Below are positions 10,882 to 24,000 of a stretch of DNA of 64,000 bases, one piece after another. The notes beneath the pieces are model-generated. The model ran no database searches. It saw nothing but the letters and a program-made list of their open reading frames with translations, and had not been told where the DNA came from. Position numbers and translations under genes: made by a program. The number at the start of each line of letters is the position of its first letter. Position 1 is the stretch's first letter. This DNA comes from Cyanophora paradoxa CCMP329 (lineage: Eukaryota > Plantae > Glaucophyta): positions 62,001 to 126,000 of the forward strand of contig QPMI01000173.1 of the NCBI GenBank assembly GCA_004431415.1. The letters run 5' to 3'.

Positions 10882-12697
10882 ATGCCGCAGCTCGCCTTGT
10901 TCTCGCAGGCCAGCCCGCTGCCGTCCGGCGCCCGCAATGTTGCGGCCGAATCAGCTGCAGCATCTATATCGGCCGCCGCCGCCGCGGTGCCGGCCGCGCG
11001 TGCAGCGTCGGCCTTGCGCGGTTCGGCGGCCTCGGTCTTGCGCGGCTCGGCCAGGCATCTCTGCGGCCATCCAATGAGCCCTTTTGTCGTTGTCCGGCGG
11101 TTCTCCTCCGGACACATCCCCGTGTCGGCGGAGTCGGCCAGAACGAAGCCGGATGGCAGAACGAAGCCCGTAGCACAGCGCATCTCGATTGACGAGGATC
11201 GCAAGCGGGCGGTTGCAACAGAGGGACGCCAGACTCTTCAGGAGCGCCGCAGGAAACCGGTGCCTGTAGGTGCGCGGTTACGTATGCGGTTCGGCGGCGA
11301 TGTGCTTCCGGCCCGCTGCGGCCTGCGCGGCTTGCGCCTCCTAGAAATCCGCTCATTCTCGCTCGATCCCCGTCTGATCGTCTGCTTCAGAGGGCAAAGC
11401 CAAATCCTCGCTCATCGACCTTCCATCGCCGGCGATGCCTCGCGCGGGCGCTGATCAGGCAAAGCCTCTTTCTCGAAACCGAAAAGAAACGAACGAAATT
11501 CCTTTCTTACCTCTTTTATCCAGGAAGAGTTGTTCTCGGAGCGCGATTCGATTGTACTGCACGGTCTTGGCATCGACGGAGAGGTCTGACCGCGTCGCGG
11601 ACGGAAAGAAACCGCAGCCCGCTGACTCTGTTCCCTCCAGGTCCGCCGCGTTCAGAACCTCATCGGCCCCTGGAAGAGTCCGAACGCACATCCAGCTCTC
11701 GTTCTGAACACGGTTAGTTATGCCACGCCGCGCTCTGCCCGGCGCGCCGGCGGAAGCGTCCGTCCGACGGGCCGGGGGCAGGACTTCCGCCCGCTCTCGT
11801 ACCTCCCGCTCTCGCTCTGGGGCTGGCAGGACGCGGTCAAGGCGACCTTCCTCGGCCGCGTCACCATCGTCTCCGAGGCGAGCCGTCCTGCGCTCCCCGC
11901 TGGCCCCCTCGCTTGCCCGCCAACTCTCTCCCTCTTCGCAGTACGACCGCGTCGTCCGGAGCCCCAACTTCGAGATGAAGATCCCCTCCGTGGTCCGCGC
12001 GCCCTGCCCGCCCCGCCCCGCGCAGCGCCTCACAAAGACCTGAGGCGCCGGCCCCGCGCAGGTGGCCCTGAAGGAGTACGTGCGCGTGAATCCGACGCCC
12101 GCCTTCACTCGCTACAACGGTGTGCCGCCGCCCTTTCTTCTTCTTCTCCTTTCTCCCTTGCCTGCGCTCCGCCTCTAGCTCATCCTCCCAACAGTCTTCC
12201 TGCGCGACCGCTTCTGTTGCCAGTACTGCGCGAAGCGTTTCCGCCCCGCCGAGCTCTCGTTTGGTCCGTCGGAATCCCGGCCTGCTGCCTCCGCCGCCCC
12301 CTCGCGCTGACTGGGCGCGGCGCAGACCACGTCGTCCCGCGCTGCAAGGGCGGCAAGCACAGCTGGGACAACGTCGTGGCCTCCTGCCACATGTGCAACG
12401 CGCGCAAGGGCGAGCCCCACCCTCCCCGCGCCCCCGGCTTCGCGCGGCCCGCCTCCTGACGCCTCACAGGCGGCCGCATGCCCAAGGACTCGGGATTCGT
12501 GCCTCTCCAGACGCCCTACATGCCCTCCATGTGCCCCCCCCCCCTCTCCCCCCCCCCCCCCTCCCCGCCCCACCCCGCCCACGTCGACGGCACCCCCGCT
12601 CACGGCTCTTTTCCCTGCACGCAGTTACGAGCTGCAGGAGAAAGGGCGCGAGTACCTCCCCACCCGGATCCACGACTCCTGGAGGGACTACTTGTAG
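10882..12697 (+). CDS. HNH endonuclease (McrA-like, bacterial small-HNH type) with N-terminal transit-peptide-like extension; intron-containing
   Basis: Spliced core [57 protein letters not shown]...[21 protein letters not shown]...[36 protein letters not shown]...[10 protein letters not shown]-terminus MPQLALFSQ... is Ala/Ser/Arg-rich and ends ..IPVSAE. The link between the 5' exon and the core is inferred. Confidence 0.85.
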
Positions 12698-13812
12698 ACG
12701 TTAACGTTGTAGCGCTGTAGCGCCGGGCGCCTCGCCCGCTGAGCGCCTGGCATTGGCGGCCCCGCCCTCGCAATTTTTGCGTCGGGCTGGGCTTGCTTGT
12801 TCTTTGTATAGCTGTACCCCCTGTACCTTTCCTGACATTCTTTCTTGCAGAGCTAGCTATAGCCTGCACTGCAGCCTCGTCTTTTGTAAATATGCTGTGC
12901 AGCTCACTGTTGTGCCATTTCTCTGCAGCTGCCTGTATTTATTTACAAGTAGCAGACGACGGCAGATCTGTTACGGTATACCTTCGTTGTTCTGTAGCCT
13001 GTAGGCTTTAGATAGGGGATCCGGATACCTATGCATCCTTTCCCTTGTTTCTTTCGAATTCACGCATACACATGCATGCCGTACAACGTATACAATTAAG
13101 TGCGTTCCATTTGATCATGAATTGTGATCATGAACCCATGGCCACGCGTACGATGCATATTTATTTTAATTCACCTGACCAGTACTAGTGAGCACCTGAT
13201 CATGAAATGATAACTTAGTAATTATCGGCCTTGGGGAAAGGAGAGGCCCTTAGTTATAATGCGCGCGCATGCCATGATATCATAGTATCGATGCTTCAAG
13301 GGCACTGCGGCAGCTGCAGGCTCAGCCAGGAGTCAGCCTGAGCGGCTGCAGCCTGCAGGCTGCCAGTGCAGCTGCCAGGCTGCAGCCTGCATATGCATGC
13401 AAATATATGCGCATGCGCAGGCTGCAGCTCAGCGGCTAGGGGGACTGGCCATGGGACCCATGCTCCAAATTTTAAGTTAATTAACGTTCGATCACCTGAT
13501 CTAATATTATTTATTCTGTTAGTTGTGATCGAATTTTCACTGATCATGAGAATGAACTTTCATGAACAGAAAAACAGAAAAATCATCAATTCAAGATCAT
13601 CCAACAAGATAATTCACCAAAAAAAAAAAAGATTCCAATATTTTAATTCAAATTAATTGCAACTTCCAAGACTGTGAGTCTGTGACGCCAGTTACTACGG
13701 TTATGACGTCATGTGACGTGACGTCTCGGAACCCGCCGGCCCGGCCGGTGACCGTTACGATCTGCAAGTCTGCAACGTTAACTTATAGTCTGCAGCGCTA
13801 GCGACTCTGCAT

Positions 13813-14315
13813 TAGGGCTGCGCCCAGTGAGGTCCGCGGGCTCACTTTGTGAGTGAGCTTTTTGCGTCCCACTCACTCAGTCACTGGAGTGAGCAGGGGG
13901 TACGTTTTCATATACGCGAAAAACGACCTAAACCGACCTAAAACAACCCAGATTTCGCCGTGTTTTCAGGCGCTACGTGCCGTAACTGCCAGCTGTTTCC
14001 GCGGGCTTCTAAAATGTCGAGACTCTGAGAGATCGTTTCGAATTTCAAATTGGTCATGGTCAGCATCGCGCGCGGTGCTGCTAGCGCTACGCTATACGCA
14101 TGTAGATCTGACTCAAAAGTACCCCCAAATCGTTAGGTGGGGCGCCTGGGTCGTGATTTATGGCGCCAGATACCCCCCCGCGCGGCGCGGGCTGAGGTCC
14201 GGCTCACTCGCCCCATACATTTTTCTTTGAACGAGTGAGCCAAAATCCTCACTCAGTGAGTGGAGTGAGACCCTCGACCGTCGACCCTCCACTGATCTTA
14301 CTGGACCCAGCCCTA
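13813..14315. mobile_element. hAT-type MITE (503 bp)
   Basis: TIRs TAGGGCTGCGCCCAGTGAG / CTTACTGGACCCAGCCCTA. Perfect 8-bp TSD CTCTGCAT at 13805-13812 and 14316-14323. Subterminal GAGTGAG/CTCACTC repeats. No ORF of note. Confidence 0.9.
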
Positions 14316-14816
14316 CTCTGCATTGACTCTGCAAGTCGCAATTTCGCAACGACTCGCAATTAAATATTAAGTTGCAAGTCGGCAAATCGATATATATATA
14401 TCGATCGATACCGACGATACCGCGATGATCATCGCCGATTCATCGGTCCGTGACATCGATATCGATCGCGATCGCCGAGTCGGATCGATTCGAATTCGGC
14501 CCGGCGGATGTCGGGCCATTGTCGGCGCGGCGCGCCGCGCGCGCGATCGGAACGTCCGAGTCTCCGAGAGGACCGAGACTCCGAGGAACTGTTTTTTAAT
14601 TGCAAAAAATGGAAGAAGAACGTTTCGGATGATTATTCGGATCTGATGCCATCCTGTACCCCCGAAACAACCAGCGGAGCTCGATCGGGCCGCGATTCGC
14701 CCGCGAACGCGGCCGCGGGCCGCGCCGTTTGGGCCCGCGCGCGCCGCGGCGCGTGGGCCCAAACCGCCCCACGGGCCATGCCACGGGCCGGCGCCGCGGC
14801 CCGCCGGGCCCGCGTA

Positions 14817-15447
14817 CCGTAAAACAGAATATTAATGCGCGCATAATATTACTGCGCCCCCAAATGTCTAACTGCAGACAGGAGGACTTAGTACCCCCCT
14901 CATGCAGGGAGAAAGCGTAAAAATGCATCAAGTAGATATTAATTTGGGGGCGCATTATTAGCCATACGCGCGCCGTGTGTGACGAGCTAGCTATAGCCTA
15001 TAGCTATAGGGGTCCGCAAAAAACGCATGCAGCAGTACTGCAGTCTGCAGCTGCATCATCCTGCATGCATGTAAAGCAGGAAATATTTAAGAGGTTGGAT
15101 ATTAATAGTACTAAAGTTCTAAGGCCTGAGTACTAACTTAATAAAGTTTTTGGTACTATATATTAAACCTGAGGTCCGTGGGAGGGGGTACTAGTAACGT
15201 CGGCGCGGCCGTAGGTAGGTGAATTGCTCCGAATTTCCTCGAAGGGAGCGCAGAAGCACGCGGCGTCGCCGGCGTCGAGCAACCCCCCTTGCACGCGCCG
15301 CGCCCACGCGCACCCCGGAACCCCCTGCTGAAGGCTTCCGCGACCAACTCTTAATTATTTTAGGCCTACTAAACCGACCAAACCACGGAATTACTAAACA
15401 TTTTGGGGTCTTAAATATTTCCTGCTTTACAGTATTGTGTTTTACGG
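14817..15447. mobile_element. Tc1/mariner(pogo)-type MITE containing a nested element
   Basis: TA|CCGTAAAACAGAATA ... TATTGTGTTTTACGG|TA. Internal inverted arms TGCGCCCCCAAAT / ATTTGGGGGCGCA near 14853 and 14942. Confidence 0.75.
15038..15432. mobile_element. Nested mariner-type MITE, left TIR apparently interrupted
   Basis: Perfect 23-bp inverted repeat TGTAAAGCAGGAAATATTTAAGA (15070-15092 / 15409-15431). The right end reads ...TTTACAG|TA. A matching TACTG lies at 15036-15040, separated from the rest of the left TIR by 31 nt. Confidence 0.7.
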
Positions 15448-15739
15448 TACATGGGCCCGGCATTGGGCCGCATGGCGCCGGGCCATGTCACCGGGTCACC
15501 GGCGCGCGCTCACCGCCGACTCACCGGGTAGCTGCTGACAGCCTGCTGCCGCAGTGCCTCTCAGAGTCTGGCAGGCGCGCACTGCCAGCCACTGGCAGCC
15601 AGTGCCAGGCAGTGGCAGCCTGCAGGCCTAGGCTCAGCGGCTGATGAATCAGTGATATCGATGATCGGAATCTCGGATGGACCGTCCGATCGCGACTCTA
15701 AGCTATATATATAATCGCGAGTGATTCACTGAGTCAATA

Positions 15740-15954
15740 CTGTAGGACTGCTTAAATTGCCGCGTAGTTAAATTGCCGAATTCGACCAAAACTGGAATTG
15801 CCGTGGCGATAAATTGCCGAATCTAGATTCTGCTCTATGGCGGGCTAGGAAAGTACCTACCCCCCAAGCAATTGCCGTAATGCTAAATTGCCGAATTCAG
15901 CCTCTCGGCAATTTACGGCAATTTAAAACATCGGCTAGAAAAGCATTCCTACAG
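15740..15954. mobile_element. Mariner-type MITE (215 bp)
   Basis: TA|CTGTAGGACTGCTT ... AAGCATTCCTACAG|TA (one mismatch). Repeated internal AATTGCCG and inverted CGGCAATT motifs. Confidence 0.8.
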
Positions 15955-16761
15955 TAATTCGCGACGGTCCACAGCCGATGAGTCGGCGATGACTCAGCGG
16001 CGAGTCACACTGTGTACATCATTATCACAGTAGTGACAGTACATGCCATGATGTGTGACTCACAGTCTCACACTGTCACAGTGTCACACTGTGACTCACA
16101 CTGAGTCACACACTCAGGCTGACTCGAGCTCAGTGAGTCAGCGCCTGATCATGACTCATGAGTCATGAGTCAGCGGCGCCGGCGACTCCCGCGGCCGGAG
16201 TCCGGCATGGGCCGCATGGCGACATATCAGCGCCGAGCTCGCGATCGACTCGGCGAGTCGACTCGGTGGAGTCGGTGCATGGCACTGATGATGGCAGTCG
16301 GTGACTCGGTGGCACTCGGTGCATCATCACCCGCCGCCGCCGGGCCGCCGGGCCCGGCCTAGCCGCCTAGGTGCATGTCGTCGAGTCAGTGACGTGACCC
16401 TGGCCATGGCCCGCTGATTCATGCACTGCTGCAGCATGCCCGGCCCGGGCAGCACACCGACGTCACATGACTCACATCCGATGATCGCACTGCGGCACGT
16501 TTACGTATACGGTTGCAATTGACGACTAGGCGAATTCATGATCATGCCATGATGATCAGCTGCAGACTCAGATCAGTGATCAGTGATCACCCCTCAGCTG
16601 CAGGCCTGAGAAAACGTTGACGATTCAGCGTTCCTACGTACTAAGGGCCAGTCTAAGGCCCGCGGCCGGCGGCAGGCAGGCAACAGTGCCACGCACGGTA
16701 GCGATCGGACCCGGCCGACCGCAGGTCCGCAGCCTGGCAGCATCAGCCTTGATATCATCGG

Positions 16762-19700
16762 ATGCCGACGCACGTGCACGCGTACGGGGCGTGCTCCAAC
16801 ATCCATGCAGCCGCCTGCTGGCACCTGCACCTGCTGCTCGCCCTTCACCTGCTCTTCGGGTCGCTCCATCCCGCCCCCGCCCGCGCCGCCCACGTGCATG
16901 CGCCTGGCGACTTGGGCGCCTCGGGCTCGCGCTCGGGCGTGGGCCGCGGGCGCCTGCTCGCCGACCCGCCGAACCCCCCGGCCGCGGCTGCCGGCCCGCT
17001 CCTGGGCCCCCCCGCGTCCCTCCAACTTGGCCTCCCCGTCGAAATTGGCCCCTCCGTCAGCGGCCCCGCATCCGAGCGCGAGTGGAGGCGCGCGGACGCG
17101 CCCCACTCCGACGTCGACGCGCAGCCGGCGGCCGCCACCGGCCAAAGGAGTGTGCGTGTGGCGGAGCAGAAGATAGTCGAGCTCTTCCGCTGGTGCGCCC
17201 TCTTTGATTCTTTGAAACCGATACACTAGTTATATATGATGATATATTACACGAACCTCGGTTTATAATTTCTTAGCTCTTTCCTGCATTACAATCGATC
17301 TAATTTGATCGGTGCAGGCTGGAGGAGAACGGCGCATACGTGCACTCCGCGCTCGCCGCCGGGGAGCGGAACGGGACTCGCGGCCTCTTCGCAACGTCCG
17401 AGATCCCGGTTCGCGGACGCTTTCTGGTCGCTCGTCGGATCTAGATCTAGATCTTGAGCCCGATTTTGAATCTTCTGCGTTTATAAAAAATTAACCTCTC
17501 TCATGCATATGGGCACCGAAGGCGGGCGAGGTCCTCTTCCGCGTGCCGAGGCGCCTGATCCTCGGATGTGCGAATTCGAATCTAAAATTCGCCCCGGCTC
17601 TCCTCTCCGGCCCGTCGCCCACACTAAGCCCCTTTCTCGCCCGGGCAGGCGACGAGCGGAAGGCGGAGCACGCCCGGATTGCGAAGGTCTTGCGCCTCGG
17701 CCCCGAGGACGCACGCAGCCCCGTTGAGGCGAGCCTGCCCTCCCATTGACGCGCAAGATGCGGGCTTCGTTCCCATCGAATATTGCTGTTGATGCAAATT
17801 CGAGCAGACTTCCGTGTGCGCCGCGGCGCTCATTCTGAAGGAGTCCGTCGACCCGCAATCCTTCTGGGGGCCCTATCTCCGGTGCGGTCCGGCTCCGCGC
17901 GCCCGCGGCGCTTCGCCCTCCGTTGGCATATAAATGAATGATGCCGCGGCCGCCCCGCGCTTATGACAACGATCGGACCGCCGCCTTTCAGGGTCCTCCC
18001 GCGCGACTACGAGCTGCCTGTCCTGTGCGCCGGCCCGTCTGGGTCCCTCGTAGTCTCTGCGCCGTGTCAGCATCCGCTGAACGGGGCGTGCGGGGCGGCA
18101 GGGACTGGACGGAGGACGAGCTCGAGCTCTTCGGCCACGACGCCGGCAAGCGCATCGGTGCCGCCGCGCGCAAACAGACGACCGATGCCTCCAGCTGCAC
18201 ACAGTCTGACTTGGATGCGGGGGCGGGCAGAGCAGGCGGCGGCGCTGCGAGCCATCGTGGACCACATGCGGGAGGTCCTCCCGGTCATCGTGCGCCCTCC
18301 GATGTCGCGCAAGCGCACAGGAGACCCCAATCCGAAGCGGAGCCTTTGACGCCTCCCCGCGGCAGGCGCCCGAAGCGACGGAGGCGGACCTGCAGTGGGC
18401 GGTCCGCTCGGCTGTCACGCGGACGTGGGACGTCTGCGGTTTCGTGCGTCGCCGTGCATTCTGAGATCGGCGAATCAATATTCAAATTTAAACCCACGGC
18501 CCGCTAGTACTGCGCCACCGATTGCGAGTCCATTTCTGATGCATATGCTCCGATCCGCAGACACCACTTGACATGTTCAACCACAACTCAAAGCTGGTGC
18601 GTGCGACTCCAATTTCGAGATGTGACGTATACGTAACCACAGAGCGCGAATGATCTCGGTGCCTTCAGGGGGCCTTTGTGACCTTCGACGAGGCGGGGGC
18701 GGGTTCCGCGGCGAAGCGGAGCCGGCGGTTCGCGCGGCGGTGCACGCGCGCCGAGATCTCCACGGCTGTCCCTTACCCCTCGGGCTCCGAGGTCCGCCCG
18801 ATCCGCCACGGCGATCGGTTCCGCTGCGGCGAGACGGATCCTGACCCCGACGGCCCGGCCCCTCCGGGCCCACCTCGGCAGGTCTTCGTGAGCTACGGGC
18901 TGGTCAGCGGGGCCGACCTCCTCATGAACTACGGCTTCCTGCCCGTGCGCCCCTAGGCCTCCCATTCGACTTGTAATAAAGAAACTGAATATAGAACGCA
19001 TCCTGACTCGTGATCGCCGCGGGCGCCTCCCGTGGCCGAGCGCAGCCGCTGGAGGAGGACGCGGTGGACTTCGACTTCGTCTCGCGGCCGGCCGCGGGGG
19101 CGGACTTCGAGGGGGCGGCCGTCTGGCGGGAGGCGCTCCTCGCCGCACTCGACGAGCGCGGCTTCGTCACCTCCGGCCTCATAGAAGGGTGCCCCCCATC
19201 CGTCGCCCCTCACGCCCCGCTTCCCCTCTGGCCTCCGACGCCTCGCCCTTGCCGCGTTCGCCGCCGCAAGGGACGGGACGATCCGCGTGCGGCAGCAGCT
19301 GCGGCTCGGCGACTCGCCCGTCCACCCCGACCTCGAGGAGCTCCTCGAGCTCTACCGATCCGTGCGCGCCCATTCCTCCGCCCTTCACATCCCAAGTTCC
19401 AGCCTCTGAACACTTAGTGAACGGAACTCCTCGATTTGTATCTGTCGCGATCAAGCTCCAGCGCCGTAACGCCCCCCAGCGAATTCATCGGACTGATTCG
19501 GGCCTTGGCGGCGGCAGCTGGCGGTGGCGGCGCACGCGCTCGGCTGGTCGCCCTCCCTCGAGGCCCTCGAGGCGGAGCGGCAGGCCCGGGGCGAGGAGCG
19601 GCCCCCGCACGTGCGCTCCTCCGACTCTGTCGGCCTCAGTCGCGGGCACCGCTCAGGGTGGCCGCGCGCGGGCGGGGCGCGTGTGCAGGCGCCGGGGCGG

Positions 19701-20153
19701 GCGGACGTGGAGAAGGACGCCCTTTTCCTCGTCGCCGCTGACGTCCGCCGCAAGGTCCACCCCGGGCCCCGCCTCTTCCGCTCACAGAGTCTAATGCGGA
19801 GTGCGCTCTGCGCGGAGAATGCGCTTTAACGCGCCCCCGGCCGCGCAGATGGACCGGGAGGCGGAGTGGGAGCGGCTGCGGGCGCCCTCAGCCTCGGCGC
19901 CGCCCGCGGCCGGCGTGGACCGGGGCCGCGCGGCGCAGGCGGAGCGGCTCCGCGCCCAGCGCCGCGCCATCCTCCTCTCCGTCCTCCGGGTGCGACACGC
20001 CCCCGGCCTCCCGCTCTCCGGCTTGTCCAGGAGCTGAGGAGGGCCCCGGCCCCGCGCCTTCGGATGCGGCAGAACGTGGAGGCGCTCCTCTCCTCCCCGC
20101 AGTGCCTGGCGCGGGGCGGGGCGGCCTGCACCCGCCCGCAGCGCCGGCCCTGA
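16762..20153 (+). CDS. SET-domain protein of Rubisco-LSMT/SETD3-like family with signal-peptide-like N-terminus
   Basis: Motifs ELFRWLEENGA, ILKESVDPQSFWGPYLRVLPRDYELP..WTEDELELF, LQWAVRSAVTRTW, PLDMFNHN (18564-18588), VFVSYGLVSGADLLMNYGFLP. N-terminal HLHLLLALHLLFGSLHPAPARAA. Confidence 0.85.
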
Positions 20154-21026
20154 TCCCAGCCCGAGTCTCCGTCCGACGGTCGACGTCGACGCGAGAATTC
20201 GAAACCGTATTTCTAATTTATTGCGTCACCGCGCCCTCTGTCTATATTTTCATCTTATCTCCGAGGCCAGAGCTCTTCGAGGCTCTATTCTTATCGTATT
20301 CGCGCACATGCATGAATTTTATTGCATGGAATGATAATTTATTCGATTTTCGCCACTGCATGAAGCTTTGTGCACGTGTACCCCGCGTTGCTGCCCGCGG
20401 GGAGGCCGGAGGGCCAGGCGGAAAGGATTGGGTCGACTTGGAATGAAGGGTGGCACTTGCGATTGGGTTGCATGCCAAGTTGCCACGCATGCTATTTTAT
20501 GTATATATATGATGACGCGATCATGTTGAATATATGCTCTTATCTTAGTTATTTTGCATTTTTGTCTTTATGCCCCCTGGGCAGCCCCCGCAGTGCTGGT
20601 GTCTAGAGACTGTGGCCGGTAATTCACCAAAAAAATCTAATTTAAAGCGCCAGCTATAATGCCGCGCTCCGAACGTGCGACCGCAATCCTCACAGCGGAC
20701 AGTACTCGTGATCAGAAGCAGTTCTTCCGCGGCCACATTCGCATACGCATGACCAGCTGCAGCTGCCGCTGCCTATATAGCTAATTGAAGATCTAGAGAA
20801 GCGACTCGACCGTACCGGCCCGCACCGCCTACGCCTACGCATCCCGCAGGCGACGGGGCGGAGATTATTCGAATTCGTATATATAGCCTTCTTACAAAAC
20901 ACGAAATGCCATCTACCTTTCAGTCTATATATAACATGGATAGATCTAGAGGCCCTTGACAAAGCTTTCGAGATAGTTTTGATGTTGACGTCGACGTTAC
21001 AGTGATGCTCAGTCATCGCGTCATGA

Positions 21027-24000
21027 TCACAATTTGATAAACATTGTCGATTGGTCATTAGGGGCGACGGAGCTGGCGCTGTCGTCCTGGCCACTGCTGG
21101 AGGCCGTCGAAGTGTGCAGGAAGACGGGGCGGTCGGTCGGCCCCGCCATGTTCGAAGGCAGGTTCGAGCCGAGGCCGTAGCTGTAGGCGTAGCGGCTGGT
21201 GGCGACACTTATGGGCGGCCTCCGGGGGGGTGGCGAGAGGGACCGCGTGGCCGCCGCGCTGCCCCCGGCTGCCTCCAAGTGGGCCGAGCCACGGCGAGCG
21301 TTCTTCCGCGCGGCCTCCGAGCTCGAGAGCGCCCTCGCGCTCGAACTCGCCCCCGGCGCCGGCGCCGGCGTCGGACCAATGTCGTAGAGGTGAACGAACC
21401 TGCCACCATCGGCACCGGGGCCGCCCGCTCGGGCCTTGTAGTCTCCGAATTCGAAGCTGTTGCTGCGCCGGCGGCCGCCCCTTGCAATTGCCGGCTTGCA
21501 GTCGCCACTCTCTGAGCCGATCGAAGTCGGCGTCGAAGTCGCGCCTTTCGTCGCCGCGGCCGAAGGACGCTCCCCTCCGAGCCCCGCGTTCGCCCCGATC
21601 GCGATCGACGCCTCCGAGGGCGGCCCCGCGGAGCCCTCCCGCCGCCGCTGCCAGGGCTCCATGGTCAGGGCACATGATCAGGGCAGGGCGCGAATAACAA
21701 GTGCGCCGGAGCAGGCGAGCGGACCCGCATGAAGGCGTGGGCGGTGACAGCTGCGATCGCTATCTGGCCGCCGACCTGCACGATTGCAGATCCGATTCGA
21801 CGTCAACCGGCAAATATATATATATAGCAAGGCGGCGCCTGGCGGGCGGCATCCATCGAGCCGCTGAGCTTGAGACGCACTGCGATTGCGGTCTGGGTGA
21901 GGGAGGAGAGGTCCGCCAGCATGTCGGCGATGGAGGCCTTCACCTTGCGGTACACCTGCGGCAGGGCGCCCGTGATCAGAGTCGTCGGCCCCGCAGAAGT
22001 CGAAGCTCGGGGGGGCCAACGCTCGAGCTGCAGGGCGGACCATGACGTAAACGTTGTCGACGTCGAAGCGGACGCGAAAGTTGACCGACTCGCCCGCGCA
22101 CTCCGCGTCCGACAGCGGCTTCGTGAAAGAGCAGAGTCCCTGCCGCGCCGGCGCCGCGGCGCCGGCTCGCATGAGCGGCCCTGCAGGGCGGGGCCCCTCA
22201 CGCGACCGTGAATGCAAAGATAACGCACGAAGCTCCCCTCGCCGCGCTCGGCGACACGGTTGTCCGCGGCCCGCAGCGCCGCGTCGTAGCGCGGCTCGCC
22301 GTCGCGTACGTCCTGCGCCACGTTGACATTCGGAGAGTGGCGAGCGGAAGGTTTCGATCATGAAGCCGGGCTGGGGGCGCGCGGGCGCGCCTCGAAGTGG
22401 AGGGGGAAGAGGGCGACGGGGACAGTGACGGGGAGGGTGCCGCGGAAGGCCGAGAAGGCCGCCTCCGAGCTCGGCACGACGACCCCCTCGATGGAGAGGT
22501 ACGAGGGGACCTGCGCGCGCGCGAGCGTGGACGGGACCCCGATGGTGAAACCCGCGTCAACGTCGCACAGATTCGAAGTGCGTCTTATTTGTATTCGGAT
22601 ATCGGGGTGGGCCGGGGACGGACGTGGACGGCGAAGTTGACGGCGACGGCGAAGGCGAGGCGGGAGACGAGGCGGAAGTCGACGGAGGCGTTGCTCGCAG
22701 CGAGCAGGCGGCACCGCACGCACCGCCAGCTCACGAGGCACGTCCGCCGCGACGCGCTGTGCGAGGCCTCCGCGGCCGGCGCCGGCGCCCCCTCCGCCGG
22801 CCCGATGCCGGTGATCGAGACGGCGACCCCCTCGCGCCCCGCGAAGCGCGTCCCGTTTGAATTCGGTACCGCGGCTGCGGACTGCTGCACTATCTGGCAG
22901 GGGCCTGCGATCGAGCAGCCGCGCGATCATTGTTCGAGCCGATCGAGAGGTAAACGTACGCGTTAAGCTCCGGATCCTGAGCGCACCTCCGAAGCCGACG
23001 AACGCGGCGGTCACGTTGAACTCGCCCACAATGTCAGCGGCCGATGGCGAGGCGCCGGGCTGGAGAGTCTGGACGATCTGGAAGTTGGCGATCGACTGCG
23101 ACGAAATCAAAATATTCCTGGGGTTTAGCATACGAGCGAGAGTGCGAATCAAATCAAATGGAAGCGCTGAGCTCGAGGCGCACGAATTGAAGGAGGACGT
23201 AACCGGCTGCGATAACCGCGAGGCCGATCCCGACGAGCGTGAAGGCCGCGCCGAGCTTCGTCTGCTTCGCCTCCTCGCCTCCCTCTTCCGCCTCCTCGGC
23301 AGCTGCTTTTGCGGGCTGCGGCTGCGCCTCGCCGCGATTCATGACCTCCTCCCGCTTGGCCTGTATCTGGTCCGTGTAGAGGCGGTCGAGTTTGAGGAAG
23401 CGGGCGAGGCGCCGCTGGAGCCGCTCCTGTCGCGTGAGCTGCCGCGCTGCCTTCGTTATCGGCGGGGCCTGCGGGCGGTTGTGTGTCAGCTTCTTTAGCT
23501 TGCTCTGCACGTGCACGTAATGCAGATTTGCGGCCCCGATCGCGACGCCTTTGATCTTGCACCTTCATGTACGAGAAGAGACAGAAGCCGACGATGAGCA
23601 GAGCGATGCCAACACACACGACCAGCACCGCGAAAACCTGGCGCGGCCGTCAGCACTAGCGTCGCGGCACGAAAAGCTGATGAGCGTGGCTAATGCCTCC
23701 TTGTCGCTATCTAAATTATCAGCAATTATAAAAGCTCGTTGTCGGACTCGGCTCGGGGCGCACAAGGTAGAGCCGCTGCTCGGCGACCTCCTCGGTGCGG
23801 ATCTCCGCGCGGGTGATGTTTGCCCGCGTCGTGCCGTACTCGACGGCGTCGGTGAGGAACTTCATATCCGTGTCCTCCCGCGCTATGCGTTCGAAGATGT
23901 ACGCCGCCCGCAAGCGCCGGCGCCCGCCAGCGCTGCCCGAGCCGGCGGTCGAGCCGGCGCCGGTGCTGGCGATGGCCTCGGCGATGCTCTGCGAGATGAG

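Noticed and set aside
10882-15954. HNH nuclease plus adjacent repeats as an RNA-guided or mobile (IscB/Fanzor/homing) system
   Set aside because: There are no RuvC motifs, no TIR/TSD around the gene and no host group I/II intron. The gene has ordinary spliceosomal introns, and the neighbouring repeats are independent MITEs.
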